A stretch of 64,000 bases of DNA, taken from contig CAYOLO010000001.1 in assembly GCA_964404855.1 (NCBI GenBank), positions 30,245 to 94,244 of the forward strand. The letters are read 5' to 3'. The translations under genes and the position numbers were made by a program. The notes under the pieces were generated by a model. The model searched no databases and was not told the origin of the DNA. It saw nothing but the letters and a program-made list of their open reading frames with translations. This stretch comes from an uncultured Gammaproteobacteria bacterium (GTDB taxonomy: Bacteria > Patescibacteriota > Microgenomatia > CAYQLK01). Shown here piece by piece: positions 1-10,390 of the stretch (position 1 is its first letter; every line of letters starts with the position of its first letter).

Positions 1-1029
1 CCAACCTCGACTCCGACACAAATTCCTGAACCAACTCAAACACCTGCACCGACAGCAACACCAATAGTTCGCCCGAGGTACATATCTTCACTACAAGATC
101 CAGTTCAGCCAGAAGCAACGAAAATTGTTGTTGGCGGAGCAAGTGATTACGTTGTGGGGAGTAGATTCACACTGAATTTTGGTACCCCAACTAGCGAAAC
201 GATACAGGTTATCGCTGTTGGATTCGAAAGAAGACCAAATCATGGTGTAAACATTTTAACGCTCAATCAGGCTCTACTGTTTGCTCACACAGTCGGCGAG
301 AGCTTGACAGAAGCGCAAGCGGAATCCGTACCCATTCCTGTCAGCCCAGCAAATGTTAGTTTCGTGTTTGACCCATCTACGTCAGATGAAGATCGCGAAC
401 TAATTGTGAATGCAATTGCATTTGCTCACAACTTCTTTTCTGAGAATCTCGGTCGCACCGTTACAGACCAGATAGAAGTTAAGACACTTCAGCAAGGATG
501 CTTGAATGGAGGACAATACGTCGCCTATCCTGGTGGTCTCTGTATCACCATAGGAACAGGCGAATGGTTGTCGTTAAGCAAGAATGGCAAAGCTAAGATT
601 TTGGCTCATGAGTACTATCATATCCTCCAGATTTCAGTTGGGTGCATTCAGTGGGGGGATTTCTTCACCTACTACAACACCCCCAACTGGCTAACGGAAG
701 GAGCGGCAGAATTCGTAGCTAGTCTCGTTTTGTCATACTCAGGCGGAACCCCCATAGAAGCCTCACGGCTTTCATTGAAGCAGAACATCGAGATTAATCC
801 ACCTGATGCTTTGAGTCGGTACGAGACGCAAGCAGTGAGGCTTCGGTATGATCTTGCTGCTTTAGCGTCAGACCGAATCTCAGGCGGTAGCGCACCAAAA
901 CTATTGGCCTACTGTAGCCTTAGGGCAAACGGCCAAGAGTGGCACGAATCGGCTTTCCAGGCTTTCGGACTTACTGTCCCAGAATTCTACGAGCAGTTCG
1001 AGCTTTACCGCGCGAACGGCTACAAGTAA
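1..1029 (+). CDS. 5'-truncated secreted protein with Pro/Thr-rich linker and gluzincin-like zinc metallopeptidase domain
   Basis: Frame is open from base 1 (PTSTPTQIPEPTQTPAPTATP...) into the 154..1029 ORF; HEYYH followed by WLTEGAAE (HExxH + downstream Glu). Confidence 0.65.
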   Translation, partial: PTSTPTQIPEPTQTPAPTATPIVRPRYISSLQDPVQPEATKIVVGGASDYVVGSRFTLNFGTPTSETIQVIAVGFERRPNHGVNILTLNQALLFAHTVGESLTEAQAESVPIPVSPANVSFVFDPSTSDEDRELIVNAIAFAHNFFSENLGRTVTDQIEVKTLQQGCLNGGQYVAYPGGLCITIGTGEWLSLSKNGKAKILAHEYYHILQISVGCIQWGDFFTYYNTPNWLTEGAAEFVASLVLSYSGGTPIEASRLSLKQNIEINPPDALSRYETQAVRLRYDLAALASDRISGGSAPKLLAYCSLRANGQEWHESAFQAFGLTVPEFYEQFELYRANGYK

Positions 1030-1046
1030 GGAGGTATACACTATAC

Positions 1047-1081
1047 AGCCCAGCTGCACAAATCGTGCAGCTGGGCTTTTT
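1047..1081 (+). terminator. Rho-independent terminator
   Basis: Perfect 13-bp stem agcccagctgcac/gtgcagctgggct followed by a T run. Confidence 0.85.
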
Positions 1082-1101
1082 CTTTGTCTAAAGTGAAAAA
1101 C

Positions 1102-1494
1102 TTATTCGACTACAAATATTTTCCCAACCATATATGGGGAAATATGATCATGCATCCCCCATTCACCAACTTTGTCAAAAACGAAACTCCAAGACTCCCC
1201 TGGTTCGATAGTTTTGCGAGGGTCAAAGTCGGAATATTGACTGTGCGAAGGGTGCAAGTCAGATGCTGGCCAGTGATAAAAAGTGTCAGAATTCTTAAAA
1301 GTTACTTTTGTGCCTTTTGTAATTTTTATTTCATCGGGAATATATCCATCTGAGGTCATTTCTATTACTACTTCTCCTGATTGGGTAATTGGGGTAGGTT
1401 TTGGTGAGTCTTTATGGTTGTTTAGACTATCAGAAGTACTACAACCAAATACAACAAATGGGGTTATAAAAAATATAATATTTTTTAACTTCAT
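1102..1494 (-). CDS. Cupredoxin/plastocyanin-fold lipoprotein lacking the type-1 Cys ligand
   Basis: Lipobox VVFGC; GYIPDEIKITKGTKVTFKN cupredoxin pattern; HWPASDLHPSH and WGMHDHISPYM. Confidence 0.8.
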   Translation of the reverse strand: MKLKNIIFFITPFVVFGCSTSDSLNNHKDSPKPTPITQSGEVVIEMTSDGYIPDEIKITKGTKVTFKNSDTFYHWPASDLHPSHSQYSDFDPRKTIEPGESWSFVFDKVGEWGMHDHISPYMVGKIFVVE

Positions 1495-1499
1495 ACTAT

Positions 1500-2867
1500 T
1501 TAATCAGGAATGTCTTTTTTTAAACAATCCTCAAAATATTCCAGTTCACCTTTTTGACAAAATTCAATTAATATTTGGGCATCATAGTAGTTTTCGTTAT
1601 TGGCAGCCCCCAAGGCAATATAACAACTTGATTTGTTTTCAACTTCGGCAAGTTTACAGATTTCGAATGGTACTGTGTTGCTAAGTAGAGGATCCCTAAG
1701 AATTGAATACCTAACTGCCCCACCGTAGCAATATTTTCTAAACTCTTTTTTGGAGTCTCTCTGGCAACTTTCTACCACTACTTTTGGTTTGTGGTTAGAG
1801 TTGACTAAGAGAAGATTGGCGCCCGAATCATAACATCTGTGGATATAGTTACGCTTTTTTTTAGGGTCTTTTTCGGGAATATTTTCACAATTTGAAAATA
1901 CTACTTTTGTATCTTGACTACCGGTACGCCCTGGCACATGGCTGAAACATTGACCGACAAATTTTTCGGGTATTTCTAGACAGGGAAAATAAACATCATC
2001 TTTATTGTAAAGCTTGTTGACATTAGACAGATAGTCAACATCACTTGTTCCTGGGACACTGCCAGCATGAAATGTCCCTGATAGACAAAGTTGGACTTCG
2101 TCACTACCAAAAGTTGGACTTAAGCTATCGCAAATTGCCAAAGTTTCGTTAAGACTTTGATCTGTAAATATTGCCATACCGTGACCAAACCAATGTAGAC
2201 ACTGATTAATAAAATACTGCTTTGATTGTATGGCTGGATTTTCCATACAGGCTTTTTGAACAACTCTAGTCCTATCTTTAGCTGGTAATTTGCCTAGACC
2301 GACCTCAATTACCCCATGATAACAACCAAAGGCACCCCACCCATCACAATCAACCAAGGCCTTGCCCAGACTATCGATAAGTTTTAATTCCACATCACTG
2401 AAGCCCTCAGTCGATTTAATGACCCCATTAGTGTTTTGACTGTCTTCAAAATATTTAACTGCAAAATCTCCAATCGTGTGAGATAAATCATGACTATAGG
2501 AAAGTAAAAACGGGTGCTCTTCAGCAACCGGCTCGATCACATCCAACGCCACTCTTGCGCCCTTTTTGGCGGACAAATCTCGCATTAAATTATTTACGCA
2601 TCGTTCAGACTCAACTTCATTGTTGTTAATACAATTTTTAGCTTGTTTTTGAAATTTTTCTATTTCTTTGCGATATTTTGCTGAGTTATTGGTTGCCAAT
2701 GGATTGGCATTGTAATAGGCATCATCTGGCGAAATATAATAAGAATTGAGAGTAATAAAGGGTTCAAAATTAGCGATTTTTTCGTTTTTGACTGATAAGA
2801 CACCAATACCAAAAACCAGAACGGCGCTTAGTATAAGTATTATTTTTTTATGTTTGAAAATTTTCAT
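1500..2867 (-). CDS. Membrane-anchored Cys/His-rich helical-repeat protein, paralog 1 (six-His variant)
   Basis: N-terminal TM; SHDLSH, GCYHG, CLHWFGH, CLSGTFH; periodic Cys. Confidence 0.8.
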   Translation of the reverse strand: MKIFKHKKIILILSAVLVFGIGVLSVKNEKIANFEPFITLNSYYISPDDAYYNANPLATNNSAKYRKEIEKFQKQAKNCINNNEVESERCVNNLMRDLSAKKGARVALDVIEPVAEEHPFLLSYSHDLSHTIGDFAVKYFEDSQNTNGVIKSTEGFSDVELKLIDSLGKALVDCDGWGAFGCYHGVIEVGLGKLPAKDRTRVVQKACMENPAIQSKQYFINQCLHWFGHGMAIFTDQSLNETLAICDSLSPTFGSDEVQLCLSGTFHAGSVPGTSDVDYLSNVNKLYNKDDVYFPCLEIPEKFVGQCFSHVPGRTGSQDTKVVFSNCENIPEKDPKKKRNYIHRCYDSGANLLLVNSNHKPKVVVESCQRDSKKEFRKYCYGGAVRYSILRDPLLSNTVPFEICKLAEVENKSSCYIALGAANNENYYDAQILIEFCQKGELEYFEDCLKKDIPD

Positions 2868-4009
2868 CTAGTATTAAAACAAGTCTCTCTATTATAAACG
2901 AACTTTTTACAAAACTCTTGTCTGTATGCTTCACCTTGCAATCTGGCGAGGTGAGAAGCTAATTGAATAAGACAGCTATCCTTTAATGTTTCAGAGGAGT
3001 TACATATTTCGACACTAAGATTCCCAAATGGATCGGTTACTAAACTAGATAAAATTGCTCCACTTAAGCAGATATCAATTTTTGTTTTTATGGCATTTTG
3101 ACAAACTTTGACTAACTCCTTGATATTGCCCTCGGTGATAAAGAAAAAATCTGCACCGAGCGAACCGACACACATATCAATATAACTATCAGATAATTCC
3201 ATACATGCCTTAAAGGAGTTAGGTATGTTATTAGTAGTTCTGTATGTATAGTTACCAATATTTCGAACACAAAGATCAAGATATGGCTGATTTAACTCCA
3301 AACAAAAACTATGAATATTATCTGGAAGTTTTTTGTTGTTATTGCCACTGATTGTGTCATCAATTGTTTCCATAAAAACACCACTTCCACACTCGACTTT
3401 TGCAATCTCGCTTTTTAATGAATCACAATATTTAAGTGAAAGCTTGGTGTCACTACCAGTAAACTCAGCTAATCCATGCCCCAAACCGTGATTGCAGGCA
3501 GTTAGTTGCTGACCAGGGAAATTATATTTAGCAAAAGAATCACATACCAGTGATAGATTAGTAAGGAGTTGTGTGTGCGCCTTTAGTGCACCAATGAGTA
3601 CTCCATGATAGCAAGCATTACCACACTCAGGTGTGCATTTTGACAACGACTCGCCAACATCTTTTGAATATTGACCATCTATCTCTCCCGCAATATGTCC
3701 CAAGGAATGGCATGCTATTTTTTGCGAATAATTATTAGTGGAACCATTTGTATATATTTTTTCCAACGCGATAATTGTTTTGGCCGCAGAATGTTCAATT
3801 ACAAAAGATTTTGACTTTTCTTTAAAACAGGCATTAAGTTTGGATTCGTCAGTATTTTCACAGATTTTTAACAAATTACGAACACTGTTTTCAATTTCTA
3901 AATCTCCGTTATTTTTTGTGACCTCGATAGGAGTTATATATTTTGAAAAAACAACGAAAAAAATAAAGAAAACAGACCAAATTAATAATATTATAAATTT
4001 GCGTTTCAC
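2864..4009 (-). CDS. Cys/His-rich helical-repeat protein, paralog 2
   Basis: N-terminal TM; CHSLGH, CGNACYHG, CNHGLGH, CGSGVFME. Confidence 0.8.
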   Translation of the reverse strand: MKRKFIILLIWSVFFIFFVVFSKYITPIEVTKNNGDLEIENSVRNLLKICENTDESKLNACFKEKSKSFVIEHSAAKTIIALEKIYTNGSTNNYSQKIACHSLGHIAGEIDGQYSKDVGESLSKCTPECGNACYHGVLIGALKAHTQLLTNLSLVCDSFAKYNFPGQQLTACNHGLGHGLAEFTGSDTKLSLKYCDSLKSEIAKVECGSGVFMETIDDTISGNNNKKLPDNIHSFCLELNQPYLDLCVRNIGNYTYRTTNNIPNSFKACMELSDSYIDMCVGSLGADFFFITEGNIKELVKVCQNAIKTKIDICLSGAILSSLVTDPFGNLSVEICNSSETLKDSCLIQLASHLARLQGEAYRQEFCKKFVYNRETCFNTR

Positions 4010-4064
4010 GATTTAATTATTTTGTGGCATATTAACGAATTATTTACTAACAAATCAAGGGTAA

Positions 4065-5234
4065 TTATTGTTGTTTTGTTTTATTAACAGAATCAAGACA
4101 AATTTCTTTTTTGTCAGAACTTAAAATATTACAAATATCGTTAATTTTTTCAGCTCTATTTGAAGAATTCATTCTTAATACAATTGCATCGAAACACTCT
4201 TTGGACTTAATTGGGTCAAAAGATGAACAAATTTCTACTCCTTTTCTAACTAAGGGGTCCGACATTACGCTTGATTCAAGCACACCAGAATAACATTCCT
4301 TTAGGTAGTTTTTTAAATACTGCGTACAAAAAGTCTCAAGTTTTTTATTGTCGCCCTGATAAACAAAAAACATATTTTGACCCAATGCACTTACACAACC
4401 ACCAACAAAACTACTTGGAACACTAATACAGGCATTTACAGACTCTTGTTCAGAATTATTTCGGATATATGCGTGAGTACCTGCGGTTATGTAACAAGTT
4501 TCTGCATATGTACCCCAAAGCGTTCCGCAAAATTTGGCAATATCATCAGGAAATTCTAATAATGCATGATCAAAACTAGATGGTTCGTATAATTCCATAA
4601 TTACACCTGCCCCACAATTTCTTTGCCCCTCTGTTGAATCTATTAGATCACAATACTTTAAGGATTGAGTCAAATCAAACCCTGATAAGTCAGCAACACC
4701 ATGACCTAACCCGTGAAAACAATCTGAATTGGTTGAAGCCTCTACTCCATTAATTTGATTTTTACAAAGAATTCCAATATTGTCCAAAATTTTGTACCCT
4801 GTCGAAATTGCGCCTTCAACAACACCATGAAAGCAGCCGGAAGTACAAATATTGGGACATTCTAAAATAGTTTTATTTAAATCTTTGGAATATGCACCAG
4901 CGGTTTGACCAACTGCATGTGCCACATCATGACACTGGTTAATACCGCCGCGATCAAAATCAACAGAATACAAATAGCGATTTTCTAACTCAGCCATCAT
5001 TGGCTTTAATCCAAATGTCTTGACTCCTTTTTCAAGGTTTTTTTTGTAACAAACAATATATTTAGTTCTTTCTTTGCTTTCTGAGCAGTTTTTGCTAGTT
5101 AAATCAAATATTTGAACTATTTCTTCGTTCGATTCTGTATTATGTTTCGAAGGATTATTGGTAAAAAAAAGCGAATATGCTACCCCAACAAAAAAAATGA
5201 GTACGAACGAAGCTATACGAAGTATCCTTGTCAC
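4065..5234 (-). CDS. Cys/His-rich helical-repeat protein, paralog 3
   Basis: N-terminal TM; CHDVAH, CTSGCFHG, CFHGLGH, CGAGVIME. Confidence 0.8.
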   Translation of the reverse strand: MTRILRIASFVLIFFVGVAYSLFFTNNPSKHNTESNEEIVQIFDLTSKNCSESKERTKYIVCYKKNLEKGVKTFGLKPMMAELENRYLYSVDFDRGGINQCHDVAHAVGQTAGAYSKDLNKTILECPNICTSGCFHGVVEGAISTGYKILDNIGILCKNQINGVEASTNSDCFHGLGHGVADLSGFDLTQSLKYCDLIDSTEGQRNCGAGVIMELYEPSSFDHALLEFPDDIAKFCGTLWGTYAETCYITAGTHAYIRNNSEQESVNACISVPSSFVGGCVSALGQNMFFVYQGDNKKLETFCTQYLKNYLKECYSGVLESSVMSDPLVRKGVEICSSFDPIKSKECFDAIVLRMNSSNRAEKINDICNILSSDKKEICLDSVNKTKQQ

Positions 5235-5262
5235 AAGTTTGGTAGATAAAGCTTAAAAATAT

Positions 5263-5829
5263 TTATGGAATATTTATGTATCCGCTTTCTTTATCGTCAC
5301 ATTGAAGACCATAAAATCCAATACCGTTTCCAAAGTCAGCAATGACCTTAATTGAGTCATTTGCTTTGAGGTCATAGCTTTTTTCCCAAATTTTTAGCTT
5401 GTGATTAACCTTATCTTTATTTTTAATTTCAAATTCTTTACCTAAGCCGATTTTGGCAACTTTTGGTGTAGCTTCACAATTGGATAATTCGACAATATTA
5501 GTATCTACCGAATTTTTGAAAAGATCTTGAATTTTTGCATCACTCGTAGAGTTTTCCTGCTTAACATCCTGTGAAGCATTATTGGACTTGGCTGGTACAG
5601 TATCTGATTGAGAAATGTTGATTATTTTATTAGAAAAAAACTTATTTCCAAATATGTTGCCCAAGAAAAGAGCTGATGCTAAAAAAGCTACCAACGCAAT
5701 CCCGTTTGCAATTTTAGAGAAAAATGTTTTTTGAGAGTGTTTAACCTCTTTACTTGATTGAGAAGCTTTTTTTCCTTTAACTGTTGTTTTTTTTACGGTT
5801 TTGTTTGGCATTTGTTTGTAATTACACAA
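5263..5829 (-). CDS. Single-TM protein with degenerate C-terminal cupredoxin-like domain (true start probably MPNK at 5811)
   Basis: Basic N-terminus, one TM, then CEATPKVAKIGLGKEFEIKNKDKVNH...GFYGLQCD resembling cupredoxin strands. Confidence 0.55.
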   Translation of the reverse strand: MCNYKQMPNKTVKKTTVKGKKASQSSKEVKHSQKTFFSKIANGIALVAFLASALFLGNIFGNKFFSNKIINISQSDTVPAKSNNASQDVKQENSTSDAKIQDLFKNSVDTNIVELSNCEATPKVAKIGLGKEFEIKNKDKVNHKLKIWEKSYDLKANDSIKVIADFGNGIGFYGLQCDDKESGYINIP

Positions 5830-6890
5830 TAATACTGATTCATTTTATCATGACAGGACTTGGCAAAATCTGTGGATAACAAGTCGCAAAATCCCATAGA
5901 GTCTTGTTTGCCTATACCTAATAATACTTCAACGCTTTTTTCGATGCAATAACTTTGATAGCTGCCGCCTGATATTGACATACAGATTTCTTTGACTTTA
6001 TTGCCTTGATATCCATCGACTACAGGAATCATTCTTCCAATGCCACCAAAACAATTTTCTTTTGCTGTTTTTTCAACAACCCCCTCACATAACTCAACCA
6101 TTTTTTGGAAATCATTAAAATAAACCCCTGCCCACCATGCTGGTTGTTCAAAGTAACAATCATTGGCATATTTATCGTTGATTTCGTTGCACGGCTCAAG
6201 AGGATTATTATTGTCAAGAGGCCTTAATTCGATTTCACCCGAATCTAAACTTTGCATTGTTCGTGTGTTGTATTCCATGAATACTCCATTATTACAACCG
6301 TTAATGGATGATATTGAAGACAAGCTTTCACAGTCTTTTAATGCGCTTTTTAGTCCTTCGAGATCGTAACCATTTAGGTACAAAACTCCATGGCCTAATC
6401 CGTGTATACAACCACCGTATTTTAGTGGCTGACTACCATCGCCAAAGCAATATTTGTCTCCAGATTGATATAAGTCTTTTCCCTCTTTTTCAAAGGCTTT
6501 AATAAAAAACCCGTGATAGCAACCATATGAAAATGCTTCGTCACAAATTAGTAACCCATCCATACCTCCATGAGAGTATATTTCCGTGCCTATCCAATGA
6601 GCTAGATTATGAACTTTGGTTTGGTCGATTTGACTATATCGATTTTTAAACACCTCGTACACCTCTTTATTTGATAAGCTGTTAAATACTTTTGTCAAAA
6701 TTGCCTTTTCTGTTCGGTAATCATAAGTGCTGTTAGTTACAACTGGAAGAGTCTCCTCGGTGTTTTGATTGTTATTTGAAAAAAAAACTGTCCCTACTAC
6801 GCCGACAATTATCAATATTATTGACCCACTAATGAATATGGTTTTTTTAATTTTTGTCAGTTTCACAAACATATTGATATTCTTTTTCAA
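5793..6890 (-). CDS. Cys/His-rich helical-repeat protein, paralog 4
   Basis: VHNLAH, GCYHG, CIHGLGH, CNNGVFME; N-terminal TM. Confidence 0.8.
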   Translation of the reverse strand: MKKNINMFVKLTKIKKTIFISGSIILIIVGVVGTVFFSNNNQNTEETLPVVTNSTYDYRTEKAILTKVFNSLSNKEVYEVFKNRYSQIDQTKVHNLAHWIGTEIYSHGGMDGLLICDEAFSYGCYHGFFIKAFEKEGKDLYQSGDKYCFGDGSQPLKYGGCIHGLGHGVLYLNGYDLEGLKSALKDCESLSSISSINGCNNGVFMEYNTRTMQSLDSGEIELRPLDNNNPLEPCNEINDKYANDCYFEQPAWWAGVYFNDFQKMVELCEGVVEKTAKENCFGGIGRMIPVVDGYQGNKVKEICMSISGGSYQSYCIEKSVEVLLGIGKQDSMGFCDLLSTDFAKSCHDKMNQYYCVITNKCQTKP

Positions 6891-8298
6891 TTTTCGAACA
6901 TAGGCTTTTTATTTTTTCCTCTGAAAAACTATTAATTGTCATTAATGAATAAAGATCTGAATAGCAGTTCTTCTTACCTTCACCAAGACTTGCAAGTTGA
7001 CATAAATTAAAGGGGGCGTTTTGGTCACCCAAGGCAAAAAGTGAATTGCTTATACCTGCAATACACCTATCTGCTAATTTTTGCTTCATATACGAGCAAT
7101 AAAGTTGAATTAATTTGGGGTCGTTCTTGGTTGCGGTACTGATAATTCTTCCAATATTATTTGCACATTCAACTTGATACTTGTCAGGAATTAGATCACA
7201 ATTTTTAGCAGTTTTTTTAATATCTCCTTTATTTACCCTGAACCACCAACTTGCTTGTTCTAAATAACAATAAGATTGATGTTTATCATCAAATTTATTA
7301 CATGGGAGTAATAAATCATTTTCGCTTAGAAATGGATGTTTGTCGGGAGTAAACCCATTGTGATCGCCTAAAGTATTCTCCATAAACGCTCCAATATAGC
7401 AATGTTTAAGATCATCTTCTTTATAATCACCCAACTGTTCACAGGTATCAATTGCTTTAAAAATATCATAATCTGCTTCCGCAGTAAATGCGTGTCCAGC
7501 AGCATGCAAACACATTTGGTTTTTGAAAATTGACAGTGTTTGACAGTGCTGCATCATTGACCTCACACCATCTAGGCCTATATCTGAAATCGCTGTAATA
7601 ACTACACCGTGTGAACAGCCATTTAATTCATCATTTTGACAAATTGGCAGAGCTTTTTCTTCGTACATTTCATATGCTACTTCTCCAATAATATGAGCTA
7701 CAAGATGAGTTTCACCAAATTTGGTAATCGGAGATTCGTTTAATAATTCTATGGCTATTTCAGGACCGACTTTGTGTGCCAAGGTCCTAGCAAGGGTCAG
7801 TCTTTTTGGTGAATTTTCATTCTTCTCTATTTCCCTCATTAACACTTTGCCTTCTTCTTTCGTCCACGATAAATCGTCATTATCGCCATAGAAAGAAATG
7901 ACTTTAATTTTTCCTCCCATGCTGGGGTTTAAATGATCATGAAAAAACCAGGTGCCATTATTTTGAATTTTAAACTTCCAGGATTCTCCAGGTTTTATTG
8001 GCGTTTGTGAGTCGAACTCGGGATAATTTTGATGGGTGGGATGTAAATTAGAAGCGGGCTGATGAGAAACGGTGTCATTGTTGATAAAAGTAATTATCGA
8101 GCCACTAGAAACTAAAACTTTTCTTGGTTCAAAACCATTACCTGTAATGACAATATCAATATTTTTATTTTGAGGAAGATATAAAGGTATGGCTGAGAAA
8201 TTAAAATCTTTAACATTAACTACCCCTGATACAAACACAAAAACGACTAATGCAGAAATTATCGGCAAAATAACTGGAATAATTACTTTCTTAATCAC
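6847..8298 (-). CDS. Fusion of Cys-less cupredoxin and Cys/His-rich helical-repeat domain, paralog 5
   Basis: HQPASNLHPTH...WFFHDHLNPSM (as in 1102..1494) followed by THLVAH, GCSHG, CLHAAGH, CYIGAFME. Confidence 0.85.
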   Translation of the reverse strand: MIKKVIIPVILPIISALVVFVFVSGVVNVKDFNFSAIPLYLPQNKNIDIVITGNGFEPRKVLVSSGSIITFINNDTVSHQPASNLHPTHQNYPEFDSQTPIKPGESWKFKIQNNGTWFFHDHLNPSMGGKIKVISFYGDNDDLSWTKEEGKVLMREIEKNENSPKRLTLARTLAHKVGPEIAIELLNESPITKFGETHLVAHIIGEVAYEMYEEKALPICQNDELNGCSHGVVITAISDIGLDGVRSMMQHCQTLSIFKNQMCLHAAGHAFTAEADYDIFKAIDTCEQLGDYKEDDLKHCYIGAFMENTLGDHNGFTPDKHPFLSENDLLLPCNKFDDKHQSYCYLEQASWWFRVNKGDIKKTAKNCDLIPDKYQVECANNIGRIISTATKNDPKLIQLYCSYMKQKLADRCIAGISNSLFALGDQNAPFNLCQLASLGEGKKNCYSDLYSLMTINSFSEEKIKSLCSKIEKEYQYVCETDKN

Positions 8299-8328
8299 AG
8301 GATTAGTTTAAACAATTAGTTGGAAATA

Positions 8329-9078
8329 TTATATACAGGTTTTGTGTATATAACTTGCTGCTGTTTCTTTTGGCACAAAGCAAGCTGCGGTCGAAGTACC
8401 TTTTTCACTCGTCTGAATCAAAATTGGAGCTCTAACACTAATACCTAATTTATCTCCCGAGCTCGAACTAGCTACAGATGCACAATCTTGAATTGTACCC
8501 CCGTCGGGACTTTCAGGGTTGGTGATACCAGAACAAGCAAGTTTGCCTACTAAGTCAACATATTCTTTGTTGAAATATGCCGTAATTGAAGTCTCTGCCA
8601 GTTTTTGATTAACATTGGCACCTGTGTCTAGGGCCCACGTTCGAATGTATCTCGGAGTATTGTTTGAGGTACCAGTCACATATAAAACAAAAAATGCTTT
8701 ACTATTAACTGTCCATGTTCCAACATAAACATCGCCTGTTTCCTCTGCTTTTGTAACAAGTTTAATTTCAAGTGAGGTTGGCTTGTACTCGTTTTGATAC
8801 ACTTTTGTGAAAATGTCAGAAATATAACTTAATCCAGACTCTGGAAGGTCAGTGGAATAATTAATTCCCCCAATATTTCTTCCAACTGTATTTTCTTGCG
8901 GTGTTGGTACTAAGTTGGGTTTTTTACTTAAAAAATTGCTGTTTATAAAATTAAAACCTAAACCAAATATTGATCCAATTCCAATTAATATAAGTATGAA
9001 AATAATATATTTAACAATCGACCCGCTTGGCCTATTTGCTTGAGAATTACTGATGTTTTTTTGGGTTTTAGTTTTCAT
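8329..9078 (-). CDS. Hypothetical single-TM exported protein
   Basis: 249-aa ORF co-oriented within the cluster; TM segment, four C-terminal Cys. Confidence 0.6.
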   Translation of the reverse strand: MKTKTQKNISNSQANRPSGSIVKYIIFILILIGIGSIFGLGFNFINSNFLSKKPNLVPTPQENTVGRNIGGINYSTDLPESGLSYISDIFTKVYQNEYKPTSLEIKLVTKAEETGDVYVGTWTVNSKAFFVLYVTGTSNNTPRYIRTWALDTGANVNQKLAETSITAYFNKEYVDLVGKLACSGITNPESPDGGTIQDCASVASSSSGDKLGISVRAPILIQTSEKGTSTAACFVPKETAASYIHKTCI

Positions 9079-9127
9079 TTTGTTACAAGGTAATTATATG
9101 CAAGCAGCTTGAGTATGGCAAATTGAA

Positions 9128-10390
9128 TTAATCTCCAATATTTATACTCTGTCCAGACCCTTTGTCGACCAAACACAAATCTCCGTACTTTCTGTTTTTT
9201 TCACTGCAAGTTTTTTTTACACTGTCGCCAGAGAATAAACCAGAATTCGACATTGTATAAATCATAGCAAAACATTTTGACGCAAAATCGTTATTCTCAA
9301 GACTGTCGCAAAAATCTACGGTTTGAGATAATTTTTCGGGCACAGTGGAGAGTGTGCTGCCGACGATATTAGCATAGCACTGATTTTCAAACTCGGGATC
9401 TAAAGCTTGAGGGATCTTACACAATTTGGACATTTTGTTTAAGTCAAACCCGTAGCTCGCTGTCAGAATACCTATGGCATGTGTTTTACATTTATTTCTG
9501 CCTTCTGTTGATGGAGATTCATTACACAGGTCAAAAACTTTGTTCGGTTCTTGTGAATATTTAACTACAGCCGCGTGTGTTATTTCTTCCCAACAAGCCA
9601 TCGCAATTGGATCAGAATATTTTTTACACATTAGTTCCATTTCATCAAGCCTGGCCGACCAGTCTAAATATTTTTCTGTCACAATTTTGTGATCAATCAG
9701 ATTAAGAGCGGTGATGTTTTCCATAAATACGCCTTGATTGCAGTAGTGGTTTTGAAGTGTTTGAGTAAATACCTTACAAGTATTGAGAGCTTCATCAATA
9801 TCACCACCAAATGAAACCAGAACTATATGACCGACAATATGATTACAATCGTTAATTGGATTATCACCACAGACAGAAATGATATTTTCATTAGTGATTT
9901 TGCCTTCAGGTAATGTTCCAATATAGGCTTCCACTATTCCATGCTGAGCTCCATAGTTACAAGTTTGGTTGATTTTGGGCAGATTCTGGCGCCAGTTGCT
10001 AGGATCTTTTAAATACTCACCTGTTCCTATTCCATGTGCAATCCAATGACAACCAAGTGCCACGATGTCGATTTTTTTCAACTCCTCAAGTTTTTTAAAG
10101 GCGTAAACGCTGCCATGCTGAGCTGAAATTTTCTTGAACTCCGAAGAATAACAATATTCCCTACTGTCAAGAAAAGTTGACTGATATTTTTCTGAACATT
10201 TTGTAAATATTGAATATATGTCTTGATTGTTATTGTCCTTATTTAGATTAGAGTTAATAAAAATAAAAGTAAGAATAGAAGAAATAGAAATAATCAGTAC
10301 ACCTAAGATAATCTTTATAGATTTGTAAGACCTTGAGTTTCTTTTTTGCAATTTTGAAACGCTGATTTGTTTGATTTTATTGACTGACAT
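9128..10390 (-). CDS. Cys/His-rich helical-repeat protein, paralog 6
   Basis: CHWIAH, CNYGAQHG, CNHIVGH, CNQGVFME. Confidence 0.8.
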   Translation of the reverse strand: MSVNKIKQISVSKLQKRNSRSYKSIKIILGVLIISISSILTFIFINSNLNKDNNNQDIYSIFTKCSEKYQSTFLDSREYCYSSEFKKISAQHGSVYAFKKLEELKKIDIVALGCHWIAHGIGTGEYLKDPSNWRQNLPKINQTCNYGAQHGIVEAYIGTLPEGKITNENIISVCGDNPINDCNHIVGHIVLVSFGGDIDEALNTCKVFTQTLQNHYCNQGVFMENITALNLIDHKIVTEKYLDWSARLDEMELMCKKYSDPIAMACWEEITHAAVVKYSQEPNKVFDLCNESPSTEGRNKCKTHAIGILTASYGFDLNKMSKLCKIPQALDPEFENQCYANIVGSTLSTVPEKLSQTVDFCDSLENNDFASKCFAMIYTMSNSGLFSGDSVKKTCSEKNRKYGDLCLVDKGSGQSINIGD

